DNA of 63,196 nt, counting the filler, from Octopus bimaculoides (Eukaryota), in the NCBI RefSeq assembly GCF_001194135.2. It is 6 parts of 5 records of this genome, joined end to end, with 100 filler letters (N's around TTAATTAATTAA, not from the genome) between each part and the next. Parts side by side here need not be neighbours in the genome. Positions count along the whole stretch, not along the records: positions 4,405 to 19,629 come from NC_069004.1; positions 19,730 to 24,089 come from NC_069006.1; 4 more parts are not named here. One strand, given 5' to 3'. This document shows, piece after piece, positions 11,091-23,955 of this stretch (position 1 is its first letter; every line of letters starts with the position of its first letter). The notes under the pieces were generated by a model. It saw nothing but the letters and a program-made list of their open reading frames with translations, was not told the origin of the DNA and did no database searches. The translations under genes and the position numbers were made by a program.

Positions 11091-11521
11091 AGATGATCAC
11101 TCTTCCACCCCACCATCTCACCTATGCAGGTACACAGCATACACAAATCTGCAGTAGGACATGAGGTCAAAGGTTATGTTTAGCGAAAAGCCAATCAATA
11201 GCCTACAATTTGACTGCCACAATTTCTTCCCCAGATCTTCCTCCACCACAGTTCCTTTCTACTGTCATGGGAATAATTGGAACTGAGCTGTGTGTAGCAG
11301 CATCTGTTTGTTGGGAAGTTGAATTTCTTAGTGAATATTTGCTCTACCATCTGTCTAAGTCTTACCTCTCCAGAGACATGGAACAGTATCTGTGAACTAA
11401 TTCTTTTATCTGTCTAGCTAAAAATCTACATAATTAACTGCAGTTCCCCAACAAACCAAGCAGCCTTGCTGAAGCAAATCCGAGTGTTGCTTGAGCGTTA
11501 CTTTTGTTTGTTCAGTTACTT

Positions 11522-11905
11522 AAATACACACACATACATATGTATATACACACACATATATATAGAGAGACATACATATATGCATACATATATATACACA
11601 CATATATACACACAAACATACATACATATATATATATATGCACACATATATATATACATACATACACACACATATACACACACACACACATACACACACA
11701 TATACACACAGACATATATACATACATATACACACAGACACATATATGCACACAGATATACATACATACATATACACACACACATACATATATGCAAACA
11801 CACATATACATATATATGCATATATATGTATATATTTTATTCTTTTATTCACATATACATATATATGCACACACATGTACATATGTGCATATACATCTTA
11901 CACAC
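11522..11905. repeat. Compound (CA)/(TA) microsatellite
   Basis: Direct reading; source of the H/T/Y/I and C/V/M ORFs. Confidence 0.97.
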
Positions 11906-12552
11906 ACCTACTCACATGAACACATGTATAAATTTCTTTTTACTTCTCTGATTTTTGAGGTGAAGAATTTCGTTAAATGTTTTCCACATTCAGATTGTCT
12001 TTCAGAGGTATTTCTTCTTTAATCGTTTCACTTATTCTGGTGGAGAGCTCCTCACTCATTCCTCAACTATGATGCACCTATTATATTTAATTACAATTCC
12101 ATCTGATATTTAACTAAACACTGAACCCCCACTTTACTCTCCTACCTCTACCCTCACCATGACGTGTATAGCTAGCCACTATTATTCTTCCAACTACTGC
12201 ATTACCAGTCTACTGTAAGACCCACTCTTCATTACTAGGAACTCATGCACTCCAAATAAAACCACCAGCCTACCATAAGCAATGCTCTTCTCCTTGGCTT
12301 CTCAACCAGCCAAATAGGCTCATTATTTTACAAGCTTCTCTCCTTCCTTCCTTTGAACAACCATGTTGTGAGCTGTGTGAGCAAGGCTAGAGAGAGCCCT
12401 TAGCCTTACTGATGGTATCCTGGTTACAAGAACGAAAGCTCAAAGAATTCTGCACAAGAGAGAAACACTGTGTCTAAAAACTGCAGTGAAAGTAACATGT
12501 TTTAATGAGCAGTAACAATGAATAAAAACTGGTACAGTGTAGAAGAGACTGC

Positions 12553-12763
12553 TTCAACTCTTCAGCATTTAAACCCAAATATTCTATCTGTTTTATGCTC
12601 AAAATAGCCAGATGTAGCCTCTCACACATATTCTACAATGTGATTCTAAATATAAGTAATCACATCATTAAATTCTTGAATGTACAAGCTAATACATGAT
12701 TAATTAAAAGCAGCATGAACATATAAGAATTACATTTGACAGAGTGATCTGAATGCTAAAGGA
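12553..12763. mobile_element. piggyBac-type MITE, degraded copy
   Basis: Internal similarity to 18597-18817; right end CTGAATGCTAAAGGA followed by TTAA. Confidence 0.65.
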
Positions 12764-13384
12764 TTAATAGTGACAGACAGACACCACACGATGGTAACAT
12801 GATCAACTGCACCTAGTCCATGCTGTAAAGTGGTTGATGGTTGGCAGGGCATCCTGTTGATAAAACCATGTCAAAATCATGACAGTCACAAACAGAATGA
12901 AAAATCTTAAATAAGTATACAAAGCCAACATTTAATGTGTTAGTGCTGTGCATGTTAATGGTGTGGTTAGGTGGAAACATCTGGCCATCAAATAATCACA
13001 AATTTGTATGAATTATTTGTGAAATAAAATGTAAATATATGCAAAAAAAAAAAAAAACAGGAAAATTCTTAAGTTTGGTGGAGGAGGATCAAATTTTCAA
13101 ACTCTCAAGAGAAATGGTTCATTCAGAAACGTTTCTAATACAGCAGTGACAATTTCCTGTTGTTTCTTTTATTAACAGAAATATGCACATTGCACAAGTG
13201 TGTTTGATAAAATTACACTAAGTTAATACAAAGTAAAAAGACAGGAACATTAAAATAATATGGAGTGCTGAGTGCCAAAACTAGGCAGTATTGCATATCA
13301 AAGTTTACCTGAGAGGCAACAAACTGGCAAAAGACATTATGCAGCTCCACAGTCTCAGTAATGATGCAATATATGTATCAGTGA

Positions 13385-13857
13385 AGGCGGCAAGCTGGTA
13401 GAAACGTTAGCACGCCGAGCGAAATGCTTAGCGGTATTTTGTCTGCCGTCACGTTCTGAGTTCAAATTCCGCCAAGGTTGACTTTGCCTTTCATCTTTTT
13501 GGGGTCGATAAATTAAGTACCAGTTACGCACTGGGGTTGATGTAATCGACTCAATCCCTTTGTCTGTCCTTGTTTGTCCCCTATATGTTTAGCCCCTTGT
13601 GGGCAATAAAGAAATAAGAAACGTTAGCACACCGTTTGTCTGTCCTTGTTTTCCCCTCTGGGTGTAGCACACAGGGTGAAATGCTTAGCGGTATTTCATC
13701 TGTCTTAACGTTCTGAGTTCAATTTCTGCCAAGGTCTACTTTGCCCTTCATCCTTTCGAGGTCAATAAATTAAGTACCAATTGTGTACTGAGGTCGATCT
13801 ACTCGACTTCCCCCCGACTCTCCAAAAATTTCAGGCCTTGTGCCTAGAGTAGAAAAG
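13385..13857 (+). mobile_element. Dimeric SINE (two family-A-like monomers) within one TSD
   Basis: Perfect 17-bp TSD AATATATGTATCAGTGA at 13368-13384 and 13858-13874. Confidence 0.9.
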
Positions 13858-14089
13858 AATATATGTATCAGTGACTCAGACCTTGCAGCAAAATAAAGGA
13901 TCAAAGAAATCAATGAAAGAGCCTCTATGCAGTCACTAGAAACAACAGCCAAATTTCTCTCAAATCACATTGTACCATTAAAAAAAAAATGGCAGAATAA
14001 TGTAGTTCTGTTTATGTTTTTTTTATTTTTATATATTTGTTAAGCCTGAAGAAAAGAGAATTGCTTATAACCTTCATGGGTTCTCTAGA

Positions 14090-14660
14090 ACTGGTGAGAT
14101 CAATATTGTTAATACTTCATTTAAATAGTTGTGGTGAGTCAACACCTTCAGAAAAGACGTGAGCAGAGAGGAAATTCCAGGGGGAGTCAACGCCTGGAGA
14201 GGAAGGACTGGGCATAACAACTAGTGCAAGACCAAGCAGGTTTGATACACCAAGAGAGATGGGGAACTGGAAAGACAAGTGGATCAGGGGTGCCTGAGTA
14301 ATGGAGGTATGAGACCAGCCATCTTCAGGGAACAGAGGCCATATAAAAGAAAAGACAAAGAGAAGAAACAGTGCATCTGTGGGGCCAGAGGCTGGAGAAT
14401 GCTTGCTAGAGATTTAATTCCAATCAATCAAGTGACCCTTTTCTGGATATGGTCAAGGATGCCTGCATGCATAGTAGCAATCCAATCTCAAATATAGGTT
14501 CAGTGCTCCATTCTAGGCTTCAGTTGAGCCTTGTAGGATGTCTGCGGCTGCTGGGGTCGAGGTTAGTTTATTTTCTGGCCTTGAGGACAAGGGCTGGTTT
14601 GGGGGATACAATATTCGCTACACTGGATACACTAGTCCTCAATACATCATGTTTAAAATT
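14090..14660 (-). pseudogene. CR1/Jockey-group LINE ORF2 C-terminal relic
   Basis: Degraded translation KAQLKPRME..ILDHIQKRV..LIG..LQPL..YGLCS..LIPPL..YAQSF..WN.L, matching the recalled post-RT region of CR1-type elements; many stops. Confidence 0.7.
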
Positions 14661-14868
14661 TTTTTTAAAAAGCTAAGACAACCCCAGTTTCAACATAATT
14701 TATCATAAATCAGTTCATTCAGAAGTAATCTGGGGTTAAGCAACAACATTATAGGATCAAGTTAATTTTGGTATAATTCATTATGTTAATTAAATGTTTT
14801 AAAATGGATTAAGAGGAAGTGCAAAATTAAATTGTTGGTTTTAAATGTTAAAGTGATATTAGTTTCTA

Positions 14869-14917
<49 letters not shown>

Positions 14918-14985
14918 GTTATTATTGTTATTATTATAATTAAATTATTATTATTGTTGTTGTTGTTATTATTACTGTTGTTGTT
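14869..14985. repeat. (TTA)n/(TTG)n microsatellite
   Basis: Direct reading. Confidence 0.97.
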
Positions 14986-15179
14986 GACATGAAATGACTG
15001 GCAGTACTTTGTTTTTTTTATGGTCTGCGCTAAAATTTCACCAAGTTCAACTTTAGCTCTCATCCTTCTGGGATTTATAAAATAAGTACCAGTCAAGAAC
15101 TGGGGTCAATTAATGTTGACAATAACCCTTTTGCCTCTAAATATGAGATATAGTGCCTATTTTGGAAACTATTGTTATG

Positions 15180-15330
15180 AGGTGAAGGTGTATAGCCTAG
15201 TGGCTGGGGGCGTTTGGCTCATCATCACAAGATCATAGGGCCAGTGTCTGGACTGGGAAGTGCATAGCAACCTTGAGCAAGGTACTTCATTTCATGTTGC
15301 TTGAGTCCACTCAGCTGTAAATGAGTTCTT
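15180..15330 (+). mobile_element. SINE family C, degraded 5' half
   Basis: CCTTGAGCAAGG.ACTT.ATTTCA.GTT..GTCCACTCAGCTG module shared with 22719-23041. Confidence 0.65.
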
Positions 15331-16194
15331 TCTCCCTTAGCTGGTTCTTTACATTCTGAGTTCAAATCCCACTACGTCCAACTTTATCTTTCATCCTTTT
15401 GCAGGCTGATGAAATAAAGTACTAGTTAAGTACTAGTCAAGTACTGAAGTTGATATAATTAACTAACCCACTCTACCTGCCACATCAAAATTGCTGACCT
15501 AGTGTCTAAATTAGAAACAATTATTATTAGCTTTTCTATAGAATTCAGAGCCAGTACTGTAAGTTATGACATTTCATATATGAATACATCTACATGAACA
15601 ATGTGATCAAAGATAGAAAATATAGGTAATGAGTGTATATGCATATTTCAAGAGTTATTGCTCTTTCATCAGCACCATATCCAACCCATCAACTATTCAC
15701 AAATACATTGCTTAAATGTCCACTAAGTTCAGCGGTGTATCACAATTAGATCAATTTACACATTAAACACATTTCTGGCAACTGGTATGTACATACTAAT
15801 CACTATCAGGGACAGAGTATTTCGTTTTGCAACCATAATATACAACCAAGAATATTAAAAGTTTACAAGTCAGTATTGTGTCTTACTTTTTTTCTGTCAG
15901 TAGTGTGATGTCTATGATGACACAGAAAGCTAAAGTAGAAAAGCTGTGTGTTTATAGTATGAAGATGTAGTCTTGGATCAGTAGATCAGCCAACAATGTA
16001 TAGATTGCCTCCTTTCTTTCGTCTAGGGTCAATAAAATACAGAATAAGGTATTTACTGAAGTCAATTGAATCAAATATACTCCTTTAGCCAAACAATCAT
16101 CACTTTTAGTAGTCCATAAGTGTTTCTGGTAGTTGAGCGTGCAATGCTTGGCTAAATTAAATCTTCTTCTTGGTTGGTTGGTCCAAAACAAAAC

Positions 16195-16475
16195 AACATG
16201 GAAGCATGTCCTGTACCAGTGCCATGTAAAAAGCACTCGTGCTGGTGCCATGTAGAAGTGCTCGTGCAGTGCCATGTAAAAACCCCAGCACACACTGTAA
16301 AGTGGTTAATGTTAGGAAGGGCATCCAGCCATAGAAACCATGTCAAATCAGACTGGAAACTGGTAACTGTCCAGCTTGCCAGCCCTGGTCAAAACGTCCA
16401 GCTCTGGTCAAAACGTCCAGCCCATGCCAGCATGGACAATGGACTTTAAATGATGATGATGATGATGATGATGTG
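16195..16475 (+). mobile_element. RTE-tail repeat (family E)
   Basis: GTGCCATGTAAAAA subrepeats, GTTAGGAAGGGCATCCAGC core, (GAT)n tail; internal short duplication GGTCAAAACGTCCAGC. Confidence 0.85.
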
Positions 16476-16500
16476 CATGTACATAACATTTGTGTAAGAT

Positions 16501-16664
16501 AAGCTGAACATTAGAAGCATCAGTTGTGGCGTGCAAGAGAGACGATTGCGCTGGTATGGACATGTGGTGAGAATGGAGGAGGATAGCTGCGTGAAAAAGT
16601 GCCACACCCTAACAGTTGAGGGAACCCGTGGAAGAGGTAGGCCCAGGAAGACCTGGGCTGAGGT
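16501..16664 (+). pseudogene. RTE LINE ORF2 C-terminus (open over the visible part)
   Basis: VQERRLRWYGHVVRMEEDSCVKKCHTLTVEGTRGRGRPRKTW, the hallmark RLRWxGHVxR...GxRxRGRPRKxW motif; runs into an N gap. Confidence 0.9.
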
Positions 16665-17033
16665 NNNNNNNNNNNNNNNNNNNNNNNNNNNNNNNNNNNN
16701 NNNNNNNNNNNNNNNNNNNNNNNNNNNNNNNNNNNNNNNNNNNNNNNNNNNNNNNNNNNNNNNNNNNNNNNNNNNNNNNNNNNNNNNNNNNNNNNNNNNN
16801 NNNNNNNNNNNNNNNNNNNNNNNNNNNNNNNNNNNNNNNNNNNNNNNNNNNNNNNNNNNNNNNNNNNNNNNNNNNNNNNNNNNNNNNNNNNNNNNNNNNN
16901 NNNNNNNNNNNNNNNNNNNNNNNNNNNNNNNNNNNNNNNNNNNNNNNNNNNNNNNNNNNNNNNNNNNNNNNNNNNNNNNNNNNNNNNNNNNNNNNNNNNN
17001 NNNNNNNNNNNNNNNNNNNNNNNNNNNNNNNNN

Positions 17034-17222
17034 GACACGTAAAAGCACCCACTACACTCTCTGAGTGGTTGGCGTTAGGAAGGGCATCCAGCTGTAGAAA
17101 CTCTGCCAAATCAGACTGGAGCCTGGTGTTGCCATCCGGTTTCACCAGTCCTCAGTCAAATCGTCCAACCCATGCTAGCATGGAAAGCGGACGTTAAACG
17201 ATGATGATGATGATGATGATGA
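17034..17222 (+). mobile_element. Family E module, probably the 3' UTR of the RTE at 16501
   Basis: Same orientation, directly after the gap, ends in (GAT)n. Confidence 0.75.
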
Positions 17223-18419
17223 CTGCTGTGTACAGCATGAGCTTGTGTGTAAAGTATGAGAGTTGGGGTGTAAGTTACCAACGCCTTTAAGGAAGTCGTG
17301 TTACACTACACTCCACTGCTGGTTCCTATCCTTTTAGCAGGGAACAGTTGCCACACCCATCTCACAGCTGAACCGTTAGTGATATGAAAAAGGCACCCAA
17401 CTGGAAAATACAACTAAAATTGGATTAGATTGGATTGGATTGCCTGTGTTTAGTTCACTGCAGGACAAAAGTCTCCACCAACCAGGGTCTTATGTGGAGA
17501 CCATGAATTTGAGCTTGAGGTCATATTGGATTGATGAGCCTACTCTGCTACAATGAATCGACATGGCTTGACAAAGGGATGCTGTTTTTTTATACTCATA
17601 TCCAGGAGTAGTTAAGTTGATTATGTTGACTCCTGTACTTGACGTGTACTTATTTGTTTACTTAGTCAAGAACAGTGTCAGTTGGAGAGTTTGAGCGGGC
17701 AGTATATCTGTCAAACAACTAAAATAATCATATGTAAAGATACCCCTTGTAATGTTCTCAGGGAAATTAATGACACACACACACACACACACACACAGAT
17801 AGATATGTATAATGACCAGGGCACAACGATTGAGGGGTTATTGCACAAGACTACTCATTGCACAGCAGTAAGTTCTAATTTTACCATAACTTTGCTTGAG
17901 TTTGCCTGACTAATAGGAAACATACACCATTCCTATTTCACTGTTGAACAGTTAACACCAGAAAGAGTATCAAATTATAGGAATTATTTCAACATTAAAA
18001 GCCATTCTACTTACACAAATATATGGAAAAATACACGAAAAATTGTATGTATTTATGTATACGTAAGCGATATATGTGTGTATATGATTTGTGCAGATTA
18101 CAGATATGTGTATGTATATGTTGAATATAGATAAGAGTATGTGTATATGCTATGTAAAAATGGTGTGTATAGTTAATAGAAATGTGTGTATGTGTGAATA
18201 CATACTAGAGATAGGAGCATGCATGTATGTACAAATAGATGTGGGCATACAGTGATATACATATACATTGAGATGTGTGTGTGTGTGTGTGTGTGTGTAC
18301 AGAGATGTACATGCATTTATAAAGAGGTTTATATGTAAGTTTGCATAGTGTTGTGCGTGTGTATGTGAATGGTCAATTATGGACATGTGCATATGTATAG
18401 ATTTGTATGCATATACACT

Positions 18420-18560
18420 CTGTAAAGTTGTTGACATTAGGAAGGGCATCCAGCTGTAGAAACCATGCAAATCAGTCAATGGAGGTCAACATAGTCCTCC
18501 AGCTCATTGGATTCTATGAAACATACTAGTATGGAAGACGGACATTAAATGATGATAATG
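18420..18560 (+). mobile_element. Family E fragment
   Basis: GACATTAGGAAGGGCATCCAGCTGTAGAAACC...GGACATTAAATGATGA. Confidence 0.75.
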
Positions 18561-18596
18561 TTGTGTGACATGTATGTTAATATTTGGGTTGTTTAA

Positions 18597-18817
18597 CCTT
18601 TTAGCTTTCAAACCTGCTATATCCAGCCCACATATTCTACCGTGTTTTATGTTGAAACCAACCAGATCTAACCTCACATGCATACACTATGACATCATTC
18701 TAAAAATAAACAAACACTTCATCAAAATCTTAAAGCTATGAGATAATACCTAGTTAATTCAAAACACTGTGAATAAATAATCATTACATTTGTCAGATTA
18801 ATCTGAACGCTAAAGGG
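18597..18817. mobile_element. piggyBac-type MITE (221 bp)
   Basis: TTAA at 18593-18596 and 18818-18821; termini CCTTTTAGC...GCTAAAGGG. Confidence 0.8.
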
Positions 18818-18820
18818 TTA

Positions 18821-19040
18821 AGGCAGTGAGCTGGCAGAATTGTTAGCATGCTGGGTGGAATGCTTAGTGGCATTTCATCTGTCTTCACATCCTGAGCTCA
18901 AATTCTACTGAGGTCGACTTTGGCTTTCATTCTTTTAGGATCGGTGAAATAAGTACCAGTTGAGTACTGGGGTCAGTGAAAACAACTGTCCCACTTCCCT
19001 GAACCTGTTGACCTTGTGCCAAAATTTGAAATCAATATTT
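18821..19040 (+). mobile_element. SINE family A, diverged
   Basis: Head AGGCAGTGAGCTGGCAG to tail AAAATTTGAAATC. Confidence 0.85.
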
Positions 19041-19139
19041 AGGTTGTTGTTTTAAAGGAATTTTTTTATCATGCCATTTTAGTGGCAAGAAAACTTTAAT
19101 ATGAATACTAAAGTGCAGAATCAAAACAGATGTTGCAGA

Positions 19140-19264
19140 CATAGCTGCAAGGTAAGAAACTTGCTTCTCAACTACACAGTTCCAGGTTCCGTCCCACAGT
19201 GTGGCACCTTAGGAAATTGAAGCACTGTTACTGGATTTGATAGGTGAAAACTAAAAGCCTCCCA

Positions 19265-19295
<31 letters not shown>

Positions 19296-19460
19296 ATGTT
19301 AGTTTCACACTACTGCTGTTGGTTTGTTTACATCCCCAAAACTTAGCAAATCAGCATAAGAGCTCAATAGAGCAAGTACTGGGTTTAACAGGGTTGACTC
19401 AATCAACTAAAAACCAATCAAGGCAGTGCTCCAGCATGACCACAGTCCAATAACTAAAAC
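19140..19460 (+). mobile_element. SINE family B, degraded
   Basis: Head, central (TG)n and tail GGCAGTGCTCCAGCATGACC. Confidence 0.7.
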
Positions 19461-20070
19461 ATGTCAAGCATAAAAGATAACTAAATTTATATAACACACA
19501 CACACATATTCATATACCCAATATATGCACACACACACACACACACACACACACCCAATATATGCACACACACACACACACACACATATATGCACACACA
19601 CACACATATGCACACACACACACATATGCNNNNNNNNNNNNNNNNNNNNNNNNNNNNNNNNNNNNNNNNNNNNTTAATTAATTAANNNNNNNNNNNNNNN
19701 NNNNNNNNNNNNNNNNNNNNNNNNNNNNNATATATACACACACATGCATGCATAACATACATACACAGATATAGACATACATACATAAATACATACATAC
19801 ATACATACATACATACAGACAGACAGACAGACATATACACATACACACACATACTGGAGAAAAAGGCATGGATGATGTTAGGGTTCACACCAATACTGAT
19901 CCTTCCGACTGTCTTTTTAGGGGTGTGTATCATTCCATTATTTAATAGCCTATCCTTGTGTAAGGGGGCTATACTTGTTTAAGGGTCCAATGTGTCATTT
20001 GAGGGGAGATGCTGTTACTATTTCTAACAGGCCAAGGGACATCGTAGAGGTTCCCTGGTGGAAGAAAACA

Positions 20071-20205
20071 TATAGAGGAGGAGGAGGAAAGAAAGATAAG
20101 AGAGAGAGAAGGAAGAGGGGAAAGAGAGAGAGAAAGGGAGGAGGAGGAGGAAAGAAAGATAAGAGAGAGAGAAGGAAGAGGGAAAGAGAGAGAGAAAGGG
20201 AGGAG
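20071..20205. repeat. Purine-rich tandem duplication (two units of about 62 bp)
   Basis: GAGGAGGAGGAAAGAAAGATAAGAGAGAGAGAAGGAAGAGGG.. occurs twice. Confidence 0.85.
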
Positions 20206-20953
20206 GAGAAGGGTATGATGAGACAGTAGTGGTAGGAGAAGGATGGGAGAGAAGAGAAAAGGAGGAGGAAGGATAAGAGGAGAGAGGGAGGGAAAGACAG
20301 AGAGAAGTAGGCGGGGCAAATAACGATTGGAAGTTAGCCGGGGGAAGGTGATACCTGATAAAGAAGTGCGAGGGAAAAAAGATAGGGTGAAAGGAAGAGT
20401 AGTGAGACTATAGAGAATTTGGTGAGAGAAGGAGATGACTGTGTTGGTCGTGGTTGAGTCCGTGATGAAACAAGAGGTCAGCGGTTCGATTCCTAGGCAT
20501 CAACCGTTAATCCATTTCCCTTCATTTCGGACTTGAAACTTCAGTGGGAGATGTATGAATGTCACAACATCAAATCAGTGCCTGTTGTTGTTACAGAGCT
20601 CCATGTCAGCGGTATATTCGCAGATTTATGCTTAAAACATTCCAACCGTGACCATCTAATCTATTCCAGGCATAGTGTATCTAGGACTACATTATTCAAT
20701 GAATTTCTTTTTTTTTCTTTCTTTTTTTTCTCCGAAAGTAGAAGGTTAGTCGTTAGTTCGAGTTGGTACCAGTTACACGTTAGGTCTGTATTTGATAGAT
20801 AATGTGGTGTAAATGGCAGGAAATAATATTGGGGGAAGAAGAGAAGAGAACAGGAGATGAAACTAGAAATAGAACGAGTGTATAGACTGTAAGTACATGT
20901 AAGTATATAATAGACTGACATGGATGGAGTGGCAGGCATACGTAGAAACATAT

Positions 20954-21145
20954 TCTTTTATTTTTTTACTTGTTTCAGTCATTTGACTGCGGCCATGCTG
21001 GAGCACCGCTTTTAGTCGAACGAATCGACCCCTGGACGTATTCTTTGTAAGCCTAGTACTTATTCTATCGGTATTCTTTTGCCGAACCGCTAGGTTATCG
21101 GGACGTAAACACACCAACATCGGTTGTCAAGCGATGGTGGGGTAC
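20954..21145 (-). mobile_element. SINE family B, 3' half, followed by (CA)n(CT)n
   Basis: Little-diverged reverse complement of the B tail. Confidence 0.88.
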
Positions 21146-21162
21146 ACACACACACACGCACG

Positions 21163-21212
<50 letters not shown>

Positions 21213-21213
21213 C

Positions 21214-21250
<37 letters not shown>

Positions 21251-22718
21251 TGTTTTCGTTATCGGAATGTGGCCATTCTGGGGTCCTGCCGTGGGGGCCT
21301 TTTAGTCAGTCAAATCGATCCCCAGTACTTATTTTTCTGTTTTAAGTCTGCTACTTCTTCCGTCGGTCCCTTTTTATTTTATTTTTGTTGAACTACTAAT
21401 TCGCGAGGACGGAAACAAACGAACACCCGTTGTCATGCGGTGACACAATCTCACAGACTTATACCATAGCAAACAAGAATCGTCTGGCATGGGCACTGGA
21501 ACTGTTAGCGAATTGCGTTTGTTCAGTGAAAGGCGTCCTGTCAGCGAACACCAGCCAAATCCCGCTGCCAACGATATACGGAATAACGGGGTCTTTTTAG
21601 TCATAGATAGCGCAAATAACCAACAGGCTTATTAAAAAATGAATATTAGTACCAGAAGCTGTATTAACACCAAGAGGCATTACGATATCAGTAACTGAAG
21701 AGATACTGTTACTCTACACATCTTTGGCAGCGAGATTTGGATGGAATGCGGTGGCCGGAAGCCTGCCACTGAAGAAGCACAGTACGCTGAAATCACGTAA
21801 TCTGGCATTTCTGGCGCCTATTTCAGAGGCATTTATGCACCATGTGTCTATATGAGAGGACATCTCAATGCGAATACCTCAGTATTCGGCGTTCAAACTG
21901 AACATCCACCTTAAGTCAGATCTAAAAAGTGCAACTTGACAAAAGAGAACCGGCAGAACACCGGAACTCGTCACGTTAATTTACATTTCGAGTTCAAATT
22001 ACGTCCCAGGTCAGTTTGGGCCTGCGATCGATCCAATGTCAATAAAATAAAATACCAGTCATTCCCAGAGTGCAGTTCCTTTCACCAGCTGAAGGAATCC
22101 CTTACTCTCTCTCGACTCCCCCACTCAGCACCATTTGTTTTGTCCTTTGATTCTAGGATTTGCTTTACTAACCCCACTGGTCCTACGGGAGTGGTGAGGG
22201 TGCATTTTAGGGATCGTGACAGAATTTGACTCAGGACTCCGAGGGCTATCTGCTCTCATATTCTGACAGAAAGGTTGACCCACTTTTTAATTGATCTCAA
22301 TGGAATTTGAACTTGGGAAGCAGGGAGAACAAACACTGCTAGGTATTCTGTCCGATGCTCTACCGACCCTGCTAGTTCACCATGTTAGGTTGATTTGGTC
22401 GACTAAGGCCCACATCCTTCCCATAAGTGTGTGACCTTTCACCTTCGACCTCCTCCGTTCTGGAATGGAGGGGACGAAACCGAAAACTGGAAAGTTGTTG
22501 TTTAACCTTAGGTCACTTCTGGTAGAACAAGCTTATGACGAAGAGCATTCTATCCATGACCACTCCGTTTTGTTTTCATAAGCCTCAAATATTTAAGAGT
22601 ACCTTATATAATGTTGTCCTAGACTGTACTGACTTATGACTGTGAGGGGAATTTGGCTGCTATTTCTAGCAGTCTGACTTACCACTGTCCCCAAGATTAC
22701 GTGTCTGTTCTTCTCTAG

Positions 22719-23041
22719 AAATGGCACTCCGTCAGTTACGACGATGAGGATTCCAGTTGATCCGATCAACAGAACAGCCTGCTCGTGAAATTATCGTGCA
22801 AGTGGCTGAGCACTCCACAGACACGTGTACCCTTAACGTAGGTCTCAGAGAGAGTCAACGTGACACAGAATATGACAAGGCCGGTCCCTTTGAATTACTG
22901 GTACTATTCATTTTTGCCAGCTGAGTGGACTGGGGTAACGTGAAATAAAGTGTCTTGCTCAAGGCCACAACCCGTCGCCGGAAATTGAACTCACGACCCT
23001 ACGATTGTGAGCCGAATACCCTAGCCACTATGCCATAAGCC
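22719..23041 (-). mobile_element. tRNA-derived SINE family C, full length
   Basis: Minus-strand head with A-box-like TGGCATAGTGG and B-box-like GAGTTCAATTTCC, then CCTTGAGCAAGACACTT module and body ending GGAGTGCCATTT. Confidence 0.85.
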
Positions 23042-23955
23042 CATCCTCTCTAAAGCACGAGAAGACCTCGTTTTGACCGCCCGATCTGCTAGAAACAACT
23101 GCTAACACTCAATTCATGTCATACCGTCTTACATAATGAAGAACATGTCGATCTCTGTAAGCCTGGACAAAAAAAAAAACGAAGAGGTCGTAGTTGGAGA
23201 GCCTTCGATCAGGCGTCTGCTTGATCGAAATTGATTGGGGCTAAAGAACAACAACAACAACAAATACAATGGAAAGAAGCTGGGTGAATGGGTTTTAGAA
23301 GTGGGCCCTGGAAGTGTGAGATATTGGTGAAGAGGTAGATTAAAGGATCGATAGAGGGACGGATTGATTGATGGATGGATTGGTGGATTAGAGAAATGGT
23401 AATACATGTTTGGCGGGGGAATTAGTTAGAAATAGTGAGAGTAAATGAGAGAGAGAGTGACAGATACAGAGAGAGACAGATAGATAGACAGAGAGAGAGA
23501 GAAGGAGAGATGGCGGGGATAGAGTGAGTGAGGGAGGTGGTAGTGACAAACATGGTGAAAAAGATGAAGAGAAAGAAAGAGTGTGATGTGTAAGGGAGAG
23601 AGAGGGGAGAAGGAAAAGGGAGTGGAAGAAAGTGCAAGCAAAAGGAAGAGCGGGGAAGTAAGAGAGAGGGAAACGAATGGATAGACAGTATGTATTTGTG
23701 TGGATGTGTGTATATATGAACGTATAAATGTCTAACATTGTTAATATGTGTGTGTGTATTTAAGTGTGAATGTGTGCAAAACTGTGGTGTGGGGTTTTGC
23801 ATGAATGTGTCTAAGAATGTGTGGAATAAAGCGGTTCTTGTTGGAGGAATGGCAAAAGGAAGAGCAAAGAAACACGGAGAGAGAAAGTGGGAGAGAGGAA
23901 GAGAGACAGGGAGACAAACAGCCAGACCTACACACACACACACACACACACACAC

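Noticed and set aside
11366-11413. Minus-strand exon with a strong AG|GTAAGA donor (..ILFHVSGE)
   Set aside because: The acceptor has a poor pyrimidine tract and the peptide is unrecognisable; insufficient support.
11466-12022. Stacked H/T/Y/I- and C/V/M-rich ORFs (similar cases near 23400, 26500, 29200, 30000-31400, 41500, 59100-60100)
   Set aside because: Dinucleotide microsatellites and N gaps lack stop codons; these are not His- or Cys-rich proteins.
20444-20515. tRNA gene (GGTTCGATTCC B-box)
   Set aside because: No cloverleaf can be built; most likely a decayed SINE head.
21731-21800. Terminal exon ending ..EEAQYAEIT* (tyrosine-motif-like)
   Set aside because: Short peptide, alternative frames equally open and no upstream exons; a chance match is likely.
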